From contig JAHRHZ010000047.1 in assembly GCA_024137785.1 (NCBI GenBank), positions 3,540,425 to 3,604,424 of the forward strand: a stretch of DNA of 64,000 nucleotides. The letters are read 5' to 3'. The stretch is from Ginglymostoma cirratum (lineage: Eukaryota). Under the pieces are notes generated by a model, which saw only the letters and a program-made list of their open reading frames with translations, had not been told where the DNA came from and ran no database searches. Below, piece by piece: positions 1 to 11,516 of this stretch. The translations under genes and the position numbers were made by a program. Numbering within the stretch: the stretch's first letter is position 1; the number at the start of each line of letters is the position of its first letter.

Positions 1-289
1 TACTTGTTTATTGCTTACAGTATTTCAAATACAGTAAGAGTTTAAGTCTGAAGTAAGAATTCACATTTTAAAAAAATGACTAACCTAGTAATAAAAGACC
101 AGCATTTTATTTTATGATATGGCAATATCTGTCATGTTTCAGAGATAACATCAAATTGCACCAGCAACAAGTGAACAAAATGGTTTCCATCACAATACTG
201 AATCCTGAGGCAAGGTTTTCTCATGACCCCTTCAATAAGAAACGGGGGAGTTCCAAGCTTGTATTTGTCAGTAGCAATGTTGTCAGAGA

Positions 290-1727
290 CAGTCTTCTGA
301 TTGTCACCAACATCTTCAAACTCTCTCTCCTACAAGCCAAAGTCCCCACCTGCTTCAAGAAGACCACCATCATCCCTGTACCTGAGGAAGCACTTGCAAT
401 GTGCCTTAATGACTCTGTGGCTCTGATCTTAATAATCATGAAGTGCTTTGAGATCCTGATCATGGTCCGCATCAAATTAAGTCTCCCAACCTGCCTCAAT
501 CCCCTAGAATTTGCCTACCAATGTAACAGGTCCACAGAGGATGCTGTATCCCTTGCCCTGCACTCATCCTGGGAACATGTGGACATCAACAGCACCTATG
601 TCAGACTCCTGCCCCATTGACTATAGCTCCGCCTTCAACAGCATTATCCCCTCCAGCCTGATCTCAAACTGTGTGACCTTGGTCTTGGCCCCGCCCTCTG
701 CAACTGGATCGTCAGCTTTTCTGACCCACTGGCTGCAATCAGTGAGGTTAGATAACTGCACCTCCTCCACAATAACACTCAACACTGGAGCCCCCCCAAG
801 GATGTGTCCTCAGCCCCCTGCTGTACTCCCTGTACACCCAAGACTGTGTAGCCAAATTCTGAATGAATGCCATCTACAAGTTCGCTGTCGACACCACCAT
901 AGTGCAACGGATATCTAACAACAATGAGTCAAACTACAGACGGGAGATAGAGGGCTTGGTGACGCAGTGCAACGAAAATAATTTGTCTCTCAATGTCGGC
1001 AAAACTAAAAACTGGTCATTGAGTTCAGAAAGAAAGAAGGAGAACACACCCCCATCTACATCTACAGAACCGAGGTTGAAAGGGTGAAAGCATCAAATTC
1101 CTCTGAGTGACGATAACCGCTGTCCTGGACTTCCAACATAAATGCAACAGTCAAGAAGGCACAACAACGCCTCTTCTTCCTCAGGTGGCTCAGGAAATTT
1201 GGCATGTCCATAAAGTCCCTCTCCAACTTCTACAGATGCACCGTTGAAAGCACATTGTCCGGGTGCTTAACAGCCTGGTATGGCAGCTGCTCTGCCCAGG
1301 ACAGTAAGAAACTACAGAAGGTGGTGTGTGCAGCCCAGACCATCACAGAAGCCAACGTTCCATCCATGGACTCTGTTTACACGGCTCTCTGCTGTAGAAA
1401 GATGGTCAACATCATCAAAGACCCATTGCACCCTGGTAGTGATCTCCTACAACCTCTTCCGTCCGGCAGCAGATACAAAAGCCTAAACACATACACCACC
1501 AGTTTCAGGAACAGCTTCTTCCTGGCCGTTATTAGACTGATGAATGGACTCTCTATCCTCAAATAATGATTGATCTTGCTAAAGTTGATTTTGCCTGGTG
1601 CACGCCCCGTGCAAAGTAACCTGTTTGCCTCTAAGTATTTTGGTTGCTATGATCTGCCTGTATCACTCATAAACAAATCTTTTCACTACATTTCGGTACA
1701 CATGACAATAAATATCAATCAATCAGT
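290..1727 (+). mobile_element. Rex1/Babar-clade LINE, 5'-truncated, frameshifted RT region plus 3' UTR
   Basis: Fragments across frames: KVPTCFKKTTIIPVP, IMKCFE, LEFAY, NRSTEDA, DYSSAFNSIIPS, LNTGAP, YKFAVDTT (YADD-equivalent), NNLSLNVGKTK, LSNFYRCTVES, LPSGSRY. Ends in ACATGACAATAAA followed by an ATCA-repeat tail. Confidence 0.9.
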
Positions 1728-1977
1728 CTGCCTCTTGGTTCACTGTCCAAATAATGGCAGCAGGTGAGCTTCCACTCCTGCTGGTCCATCACCTCTAGAC
1801 CCTCAAATGTCCCATTGGGAGAGGTGGCACTACTGAAACAGGTTGGTGGTCTAAGAGGGCAACTCAACTTGGAGCAACCCTCAGAGATGTAATTACAAAA
1901 TGAAAAATCAGAATTGCCACTGGGTCAGGACGGGCACTGATGTTAGGGCTGGCTGCCAAACAGAGGAGAGCAGTCAC

Positions 1978-2191
1978 TTTAAATAATTAAGGCCCTTATT
2001 ACAAGTGATATTTTCAGCCCATTGGTACTTTGCCAATGGGAGTGTGTGCGCTCACAAGACAGCCACAGCAAGGTCAACTCCTGGGGCAGCAGGATTGGGC
2101 AAGTTGTGTAAGGATGGGGTAGGATGCCAGCCACACGCAAAATGCCACAGGGTTGGGAAACCAACCCTAATAAGGCTCTTAATTATTTAAA
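1978..2191. repeat. 24-bp inverted repeat pair, probably part of a MITE-like element (~1750-2360)
   Basis: TTTAAATAATTAAGGCCCTTATTA (1978-2001) and TAATAAGGCTCTTAATTATTTAAA (2168-2191) are reverse complements at 22/24 positions. Confidence 0.6.
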
Positions 2192-5100
2192 TTGCCTGGC
2201 CAGCATCAATCAATAGGCAACTGAGGTGTATTCAGTCCCACCTTTATAACAATCTCCTTGGTGTAGGGAATGTGTTGAGGAGTCACCCTGATGCACCTCC
2301 CTCCGATTTTCCTTGACATCTCCCCCTCAGCTGACTACACCTGGGCTACAAAAACCCTACCTCTGGACTCAGCATCAATGACAGACTAAGTGTCTGGAAA
2401 TTGCATTTCGCACAGCATATCGCTTGAATTTAGCTCAATCATAATAGTTCCATGTGATAATGATTCAGGTTAGCCAATGTGAGGATGAAAACTTTGTCAC
2501 TGTACACTGTGGGAGCTCTGTTTAGGTTGATCGTTTTCATTTTGTGATCTGTGATCCATCCTCTGACAGGTCAACACTTTGTATCATTCAAACAACATTG
2601 CTTTTGTTCTCAAATTCTGAAATATTGTTGAACTATGTTGAATGGCTCAGCAAATTGCACCACATCTCACTTCGATGGAGTGCCCTACACATTCTGCCAT
2701 TCCGTTTGTAATTATAATGTGTTATTAGCTGCAAGCTGCATCCTTTACCAAAGCTGACTATTGCTGAGCTGGAGTTTTGTCCCTGCCATTTCCTGCTCTT
2801 GCTCTGTACTGACCATATTGGCCAGAGGCTGCCCTTGGCTTATAGTTTGTCATTGATTTTTCTCTGGATTCTGACAGAATCATAGATCCACAGCAAACGA
2901 AGAAATGCTTTCTCTGCTTTGAAATGTCTTTAATTTAGGCTGGAGTAAATCAAAGTCCATCCTGAACATCTCACAGCTCATAGAGCAGAAGGGTGACAGG
3001 CTTCAGCCAAGAACACTTGTGAAAAAAAACGACTCGGCTTTTCGTTTAATGTGGCGTGCTCAGCCATCCAAGCTTGCAATTTTTTTAAAAAATTGAACAT
3101 ATTTCTCCTCCTCCTAAAATTCTTGCATTTCAAATTTGCATGTGCCTTCCAGTAGCTTCCAGTCCACAACATTATCTTACTTTTACTAATGATGGGAGTT
3201 CTTCAGTTCCTGCAATGGCAGGAACATCATCAGGAGTCAGAAGCATAAAAGAGAATGGCAATGGCAGTCTTTCCTACAACTCTAACATCTTTAGAAAGAA
3301 AAGGTACTTTCAAAGACATTAAAGACAGTGGACTGTCATGTCTAAATTGAGACTTTGAAGCACTAATAGTAATTAACTACTTTCTTAGTAAAGAAAAATC
3401 TTAAATGCCTATTTACTTGATAGTCCCCCAGGGTGTCTTTGTTTTTGAAGGGGGAGAAAAAAATCTTAGCTGCAAAATAAGCAGGCGATTCTAATCAATA
3501 GAGCCAGAGGAGTGTATTGATTACTGCGACTACATTCTCTATTTGTTAACCCTTTCACTTCTGCCAGCGCTGTATTATTACAAGTTTAAACTTCCCAGTA
3601 GACTAAATGGGTTGTCTGTTTTAGCTAATGGCTCAAAAGGTAATCTTGATGGTTCTGAAAAATGCAACCCGAACCATTTATTTTCACAAACATTATAGAT
3701 CCACATGAAATTGCATGGTGGAATATGTCCACAAAAATTACAGGGTACAGTAATAGCTTTTCTGACATTGTTTGAAATCTGTGAGGCAGCCATGTTGCTT
3801 AGACTAGACAGAATAGGAGCAGTATTTCCACAAAAAGTAATAGTGTTTTCAAAAGAACTGCTATAAATGATCAGAAATCATTTTCAAATAAATGCTGGGC
3901 AGCGTACACTTTTTAAATCAATAATTTATTTCAAAATTGTGATTACATAGAATATTTGATCCAGTCCGAATATTTTGTATGGCATGGTTGCTTGTTATGT
4001 TATTTACCTTCTGATTTAGAGATACATCTTCTAACATAATTTTCAGTATTGATTTCTAAGATCCTTTAAGTCTAATAAAATTATGGTTAAATTTGATTCT
4101 TATTGATAAATCTCCAATACATCACCAAATAAAAAGATAGGTCTTGAAAACCTGTTAACTATCATGATTTTTTAATGATGTTTCAGTATTTTGCATTTGC
4201 TACAGTCTCCTCTGCATCGCCTCAATCAGTTTGTAGTCATGCTTATGCATACATAGCTTCATTTTTTAACTATAGACGTAAACCTTCCATAGAAGAGAAA
4301 ATCAAATCAGAAAATTGACAGGAAATAAGTATCGAATATGAATTTTCATTCATAAATTCCTCAATTTGCCATTTTTGTTTAAGATAATGCTTAAAATAAT
4401 AGCAGTAGAATTTAATATTTGGAAACGTTAGTCCTGATTTTGTTCCCTTTACTTTAGCATTCCTGAAGGAATGAAGCAGAATTTCACATCTCATCCAGAA
4501 ACAAGACCAGTTTTGATTTCTTTTAACTTCCAAATTTTTTCAGGGACTGGGCTCATGTCTTAGGCAAATCTGTTCAGTGTGTTTATTGGTATTGTGTTTC
4601 CTTAACTGCATTTTTCTTTTTTTTCAAACAAGGCATAATTTTATAAAATCTCTGCAGTGGAATCCATCTTTGAAAAACGGAAAAGGGGAAGAAATCCTTT
4701 GTCACTTCTTAAGAATAAAAAAAACTACCATTAAACTACATGTTTGCGATGTTACTGCTCTCGTGTAATAATCTGATAAATGAATTAGCCAGTAATTTTG
4801 CTTAAAAACATTGAAACAGATAATTGAGTGAAGAAGAAAATTGTGATAAAGTTGGTTTATTATATGTATAAGTCTTTTTAGGTTATATCCTTGTAAGCAA
4901 GTAACACAAGGAAGATGATCAATAATGCAATTCATGTATGAATTAAAAATGTCAATTTAAGCTTGAGTAAACCGGTTATGAAAACATGTTTATGCACAAA
5001 ATAAGGTGCGACCTTATCTAAAGAAGTATTTCCATTGAAATGTTCATGTGTCATATTATTTCAATTTTCAATATCGATGTTCAGGGAAAGAGAATACATT

Positions 5101-6489
5101 TTAAGGGGAAAGATATATTTTACAGCAATGGCGATTACTGTGGCACAAAAAATGTCATTAAAACCGAATTTGCACCCACACACTCGTTGCCAAATGCCCC
5201 ATCTGGTAACATTTCCACGTTCTCTGTGAAGGAAATCAATACTAATAATCTGTGTGGGTCTCACAGGGTGTAGGTTTTTCATCACAGGTTATTCCTAGAT
5301 TTCTTTCTCTATCTTTATACTGACACAGATTTTGCTTTCTGTTTACCCACATTTAGTTTCACCCTTACAGACCACAGAGGAGATTAAAACGTGTACTTTG
5401 CTTAAATTCTGATCAGTACTCTATTAAATTACAGCCTCTCTCCAGTCTGAAGAAGTAGCAATTTCTGGTCGGTATGCACAGAATTATATTCTTTTGTAGA
5501 GTATATATTTAAGGTTAGTTATTGAGAAAAATGCAAGCAAAATAAAAGCAATCCGTCTAACAAAATGCTCGGGTTTGTAATACGATATTTACACTTTTTT
5601 TTCCGAATGATCAGGAGAATTGATACTTTTGGTTTTAATTCCTGGCTGAAATGTAAAACAGCAGTGAGCAAAGGTCACTTAGTACTGTTCACAATGTTGC
5701 AATTTTTGAATGAGTTTAAATGTTTTTGTCCATTTCACATTGCATCAGCCTTAAATCCAACGTCCGTGTTACAAATATTGTTGAAAAGGAGCTTTTGTCT
5801 AAAATCCAGTGTTAAAACTGCATTTGATGAATGGCTGCCTTGAACTTTTACGCTAATCAATGCTGGTGCCATGCTCGCATAAAAGCATAGGTTTCCAGAG
5901 GCGAAGCTGTCACGTGGGAGATCCACTACACAGTTAAAGGAGACACCCTGTTTACGTATTTACTAGAAATTACACTAGGTCCGGCTTAACGCAACAGGAC
6001 TGGCATAAATAATTCAGAACTGAGCAACTCATTCACATTAAAGTAACCATCTTGTACGCAGAATGCTTACTGTCATTTCTACCACAGCCTTCTTTTAAAA
6101 GAAATAATTTTACAGAGATGCCCTTCAGTTTTAATATGTTGCCAGCAAAAGTAAGTATGTGTTCTTATTACTCTACATCACAGTGGCAGCGTAAAAATAA
6201 GGTAATAAATGCCAGATTTATTGATTTATAAAGAGAAGTTTTGATAAATGATTATCATTTGCCACACATTTCATGACACGGAGTGTGCTTGTGTTTCGTC
6301 AGAATGTTTGTGTTAAATTCGCCTAGTATGAAAAGAATTCGGGTGTGGTTACAAAACTTACCTCCAAAAGGCAGTGTTTTGAGTGAGTATATTGCCTGTA
6401 GAGTTAAGCACTATGATAGATACTTAATTATCTCTTTAAAAAAAAGAACAGATTGAAATGTTGTAGGTGCAAGCATAGCTTGGTCCCCG

Positions 6490-6652
6490 TGCTGAGTTTG
6501 AGCATGTAAATCTAAATTCACGTTTGAATGCAGTACCGAGGGAGTGCTGCACCAGCTGATATGCAGTCTTTCACAACAGATATAAAAACTGAGGCCACAT
6601 TTACTCTGTCACATGGACCGTAAAAATCACAGGCCGTGGGTTGGAAGAAGAG
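6490..6652 (+). mobile_element. DeuSINE (SacSINE1/AmnSINE1-like), 5' part
   Basis: GCAGTACCGAGGGAGTGCTGCAC...AAAACTGAGGCC...GAAGAAGAG matches the Deu-domain consensus as I recall it. Confidence 0.7.
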
Positions 6653-7008
6653 GCTGAGGGGCAGTCTGCTTGAAGTAAACAAAATTATGAGAGGCGCAGA
6701 CAGATGGTGAGAATCTCTTCCCCATGGCAGACTTGTCCAAGAGGACCAAATGATTCAGAGGAGATCTGAGGAATTTTTTTTTCACCCAGACGGTGGTAGG
6801 TATACGGGATGTGTTGCTTGAGAGGGTGGTGGAGGCAGGTTCTCTTGCAACATTTAAGAAGCATCTGAATGTGCACTTAAAATGTCAGGGCATAGGATGC
6901 TATGCACCAGATGCAGGTAATTAGGATTTGCTGTGGTTCGGGGTGTTTGTTGGTTGGCCTAGATGTTGTGGGCTGAAGGGCCTGTTTCTACGCTATATGA
7001 CTCTATGA
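6653..7008 (+). mobile_element. CR1 (HER1-like) LINE 3' fragment inserted in the DeuSINE
   Basis: Degenerate RLRG..EV.KIMRG coding end. 3' UTR reads GGGCTGAAGGGCCTGTTTCTACGCTATATGACTCTATGA. Confidence 0.8.
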
Positions 7009-7010
7009 GT

Positions 7011-7232
7011 AAGAGTAGGGAAGTTCGTCTCTGTAACGAGGAAAATATTTATCCTTCAATCAACATCACTAAACATACATTACCTGTTTATGATCTTGTT
7101 GCTATTTGTGGCACTTTGCTGTGTGCAAATAGGCTCCCTCATTTTGCTGTTTCAGCAGTGATTATACTTTCATTGTACATTGTGGGTGTAAAACGTCCTG
7201 AGATTTTGAGAAGTGTCTCATAAATATAAGTT
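7011..7232 (+). mobile_element. DeuSINE 3' part
   Basis: AATATTTATCCTTCAATCAACATCAC...TTGCTGTGTGCAAATAGGCT...ACGTCCTGAG continues the consensus from 6652. Confidence 0.7.
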
Positions 7233-7684
7233 TTATCATTACCTTTTAAAATCTACATTTAGACAAAGCAATTTGTGCTAAAGCTTGTACGATCGTGAAA
7301 GAATTGCTGAAGCTAAGGCCACTATACTTCATGCTGTGGACAGAGCCCTACACCTCAACTTCCAATTGTGAAGGAGTACACTTTGGCATTAAAAGTAATT
7401 TTTGTTCTGGCAATGTTTTTCACCAAATCCTTCAGACACGTTCAGCCAGGATGCAATAGCCTTACAGGTAACCTGAGAGTCCGAATGTGGCAAAGGAGAA
7501 AAAGGCAGAGCAAGGAAAACAATCATAACAATAGGAAAAGGAACATTAAAAATGTCATTACATGGACTTTGCTGCTATCTACAGAGCCCAATAATTTTTG
7601 TATGCACTTTAGAAACAAAATGTAATGTGTTTACTTGGTACAAATGGTTGCCTGAATGTTTGTACCATTAATTTGTACTATTCA

Positions 7685-7905
7685 GGGTAGCACGGTAGCT
7701 CAGTGGTTAGCACTGCTGCCTCACAGTGCCAGGGACCCAGATTCGATTCCAGCCTTGAGTGACTCTCTGTGTGGAGTTTGCATGTTCTCCCCATATCTGC
7801 GTGGGTTTCTTCCCACAGTCCAAAGATGTGGGATGCTCTTCAGAGGGGCAGTGTAGACTTGTTGGGCTGAATGGCCTGTTTCCACGCTGTAGGGATTCTA
7901 TGATT
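7685..7905 (+). mobile_element. HE1-like tRNA-derived V-SINE with internal deletion
   Basis: A box TAGCTCAGTGG, B box-like GATTCGATTCC, body GTGTGGAGTTTGCATGTTCTCCCC, CR1-type tail CTGTAGGGATTCTATGA. Confidence 0.85.
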
Positions 7906-9749
7906 TAATTGGTGAAGTGCTGCTTAATAAAGAAAACTAGAATCTTCTAACATGACATATTGCAACAGTATAATAAGTATAGACATGCTTGAAATTAAAA
8001 TTTCACACAGTGGTTAAAAAGAGATAAGTTATTAGTGTTTACTCCAACGTTACATCTATAACAGGAGACTGAAGGAGCTGATTATTCCCTGTAGTTTAAC
8101 TTGAAGTTATTACTGCTCTGTGTACACTTTGCTGTTGTAAATTGTAAACAGTGGCTACTGACTTCTGAGCAAATGAATACCCAACATGTCACTCAACGAC
8201 AGATAGGTTTGTATACTTAACTGAAGTAAATTCAGATACATGTGCTAAAACCAAATTTAAAATCCACTCAGGGTTTAGCACCTCTTGGCATTCATTAATT
8301 TGGTGTAATAATTGACAAAGACCAATTGAGGGTAGAATGCTACATATGGAGTTTCTTGCAAAGCACATGCTTTTATCTTAAATAATGTTCATGCATAGTC
8401 TCCGATCTAGGGTCACTTTGTATCACGTTGCTATTAAGGATGATATGAATGAGATTGACAACCTTGGTACAAAACAAGAAACTGTAAAGTTATTAATTAA
8501 AACAATAAGATAATCATATGTCTAAATTGTACCAAGATTAAAATGACAAAATGTTTTGTAGCTTTTAGCTTTCAAATGTGCACAAGTGCACCATGACAGT
8601 TTCTGATTGATCATGATCTCTATGCAACATTTAAAGCTAAAGTTTACCAAAAATCAGCCAAGTGACAATTTCTGGGAGTTTAATAGAAGATTTCTTTCTA
8701 TGACTTTCAGTGAATTTCCTCACGCAGTTGTCCACAGCTTACTTAGTTATAGACATGCCATGCCTCAATGACGCCACTCACCTGCTATCAGAAGTACTCC
8801 TTGTCACCAGGGGCTTCTGGGATTCCCATCGCCAACAGCAAATCTGAACCCCAACTTGTGCACCAGGTCAATCACTGCAAACCAGGAACTTCCAATCACA
8901 GTCTCAATGTTGGAAGAATTGTCAACAGAAGCAAGTTGGCAACTAATTTGTTGGCAAGTACCTGGATGTCCTGGTGGAGGAGGTGATGAAAAGGGGCTGT
9001 TACCCAGGTCTCTCAAAGGGGAACACAGCATCAGACCATGCCACAGCACCAGACCTGGTCAGATGTTGCCACCAGTGTCCATGGGTTGGAGGTTTACCAG
9101 AAATCCATGAAGAAGCTTCATGAACTTCTCCTCTCAGCAAGGACATATGCCCCCATCTTCTCTCTGCACCTTCACACCCACAGTCATAAATGGGTTTATT
9201 TTGTAATGTTGAATGATGAGGTCAAGTTTGCTTGAGGCTAGGTTTTCTCATCAATGCATGAGGTCCACATGCAGCATTGTGTGATGACAGGTGCCTTTCA
9301 CCTGTTACCATGTGGGTGTCTGTTTAAGACTATTGCTCTTTGAAAGGCCTCACGTCACACCAAAGTAGAGCCTGCTCCCTCGAAAAATAAAACTGTTAAC
9401 GCGACCTGCAGTGGGTGTGGTGACAACCATTTCCATCGTACACTTGTGTTTTGAATGAAGGTGGAAGGCAACACAGGTAACACCGGACGGAGTGAGTGAG
9501 TCCCAGACTCAGTCCCTCAATCATGGTGACTCCCAAAAACCCTTTATGTTTCTTTCTGCCTTCCCCTTCCTGTCAATCCTAATCAGCCATGATCATCCCC
9601 ACGTTCCCAACCAACCCATTTATTTAACTGCTTACCTTCCCACTGTACACCCTGAGCCCTGGACATACAGTATAGTTATGCCAAACAAGCTCTGTACTGT
9701 ACCCCCTCTCGCTGTCAGCATGGTGGTGACGATCAATGGCCTGCTCTCT

Positions 9750-9925
9750 TATGATGTGGAGGTGCTGGTGTTGGACTGCGGTGGACAAAATCAGAAATCA
9801 TATGACAACAGGTTTATTTGAAAACAGAAGCTTTTGGAACCTCCGTCCTTCTTCATGTGTTAGCTTGTGTTTTTCAAATAAACCTGTTGGACTGTAACCT
9901 GGTGTTGTGTGATTTCTGACTTTGC
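9750..9925. mobile_element. Short fold-back element, probably Penelope-derived
   Basis: Inverted arms AACAGGTTTATTTGAAAA / TTTTCAAATAAACCTGTT and TCAGAAATCA / TGATTTCTGA. Confidence 0.65.
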
Positions 9926-11194
9926 TGCCTTATGCGCTATTGTCTCTTATCCTTATATTCTGAGTTTCCACACCCCTTAGAATTATCAGTCCTCCTGCAT
10001 CCCAGCATGCTGCCTCCAAATCCCACCATTGACTTCCCCAGTGCCCCCATTATAGCAGAGGCTAGTGATAGCCCCCTCCACCCTGTCTAGTTTCTCTCTG
10101 CCATGTGAGAGAATAGCACACATCATGTAAATGAGGCAAGAATGGGTAATGGAAATCAACACTTACAATTGGGTCTCTCACCATCCACTATTGAGATTCT
10201 TGTCTCGCTGTTCAAACCTTGGGTGGCAACTCAGACTTTTCTTCCTTGAAGTCGAGAATCTTGGGTAGAATCTTTGCAATCCCTGAGTCATGTAGGAATT
10301 ATATGGATATTGGTTGAATCATGTGAAATTAACAAGAAGAGGATTCCTGAAGTTAAAAACAAAAAGCCCCAATTTTCCAACCATGTATTGAACGGTGAGA
10401 TGAGATTCTCACTGGCGAATAGCGGAAAGCCTATTTGCGTGGATTATCAACCTTTATCACTCATTATTACTTAATCTCATCTCATTGATGTGCAATTTCC
10501 CATCCTTCACCTATTGGATAGAAACTAGATGCTGGAAATCCCCAACATGAAAGAGCAGTTATTTAGTGACTGCACCTTGCTGCTTGCTCCTTCAACCCAT
10601 GATGTGGTCCCCTGGCAGCAATGTTTCAGGGCACACTCCATTAGCAGCAACAGCACGGAACCAACATTCACAGACATTGGCAACCAACAACCATTAACCC
10701 TATTGCCTCATTGTGGCAACTCTCTGACCCACAAAGTGCAGTTCTGCACTTCAGTGCTGCATTTTGGAGCAGATTGGCACCTTTTGATTGGGTGTTGCTG
10801 CCAAGGCACTTTGCATTGAGGGGCAGGCATGCGTCTAATGGATTGGACCAGGGGACGTTTCAGGATCTTCACTGGCTGTCTGAGCAATCACTCACTTTGA
10901 GCCTACTCGGACACTCTCAGCATTTCCTCTTTTGCCTTGCCTTTCCTATGCTTTGCCCCCTCAGCCAGAGCCAACAGGCGCACGTTGCTTTAGTGTTCGC
11001 CTTGCCTTTTAACACAGATGCAAAGCCAGGCAGCTTGTCAGCACTCATCACAGTCAAGACAATGGACATGTTGCTGTAAAGCACTGTGCCATGTCACTTG
11101 CACCACATGCTAGCTGCATATGCACCAAAGGCATGGCATTGCATCTGCCAAATGCCCATGTCCCAAAATTTAAGGGGAGTAGTCCTCTGGCAAG

Positions 11195-11516
11195 TCATAG
11201 AATCCCTACAATGCGGAAAGAGGCCATTCAGCACATCAAGTCTGCACCAACCCTCTGAGGAGCATCCCACTCAAGCCCAACCCCGTACCCTGTAACCCCC
11301 GCGATTACCATGGCTAATCCACCCACCCTGCACATCTCTGGGCACTAGCATGGCCAATCCATCTAGCTGGGAGGAAACCAGAGCACCCGGAGGCAGCCTG
11401 TGCAGACATGGAGAGAACATGGGAACTCCATGCAGATATCACCCAAGGCTGGAATTGCTCCCATGTCCCTCGTGCTGTGAGGCAGCAGTGCTAATCACTG
11501 AGCCATTGTGTCATCC
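11195..11516 (-). mobile_element. HE1-like V-SINE
   Basis: Reverse complement of the 7685 family: TCATAGAATCCCTACA...GTGAGGCAGCAGTGCTAATCACTGAGCCA. Confidence 0.85.

Noticed and set aside
114-1566. ORFs as a functional reverse transcriptase gene
   Set aside because: Multiple frameshifts, 5' truncation and a mutated catalytic motif (FAVD); a dead Rex1 copy.
7685-7760. tRNA gene (also 49630-49700)
   Set aside because: A and B boxes run into SINE bodies with no complete cloverleaf or terminator.
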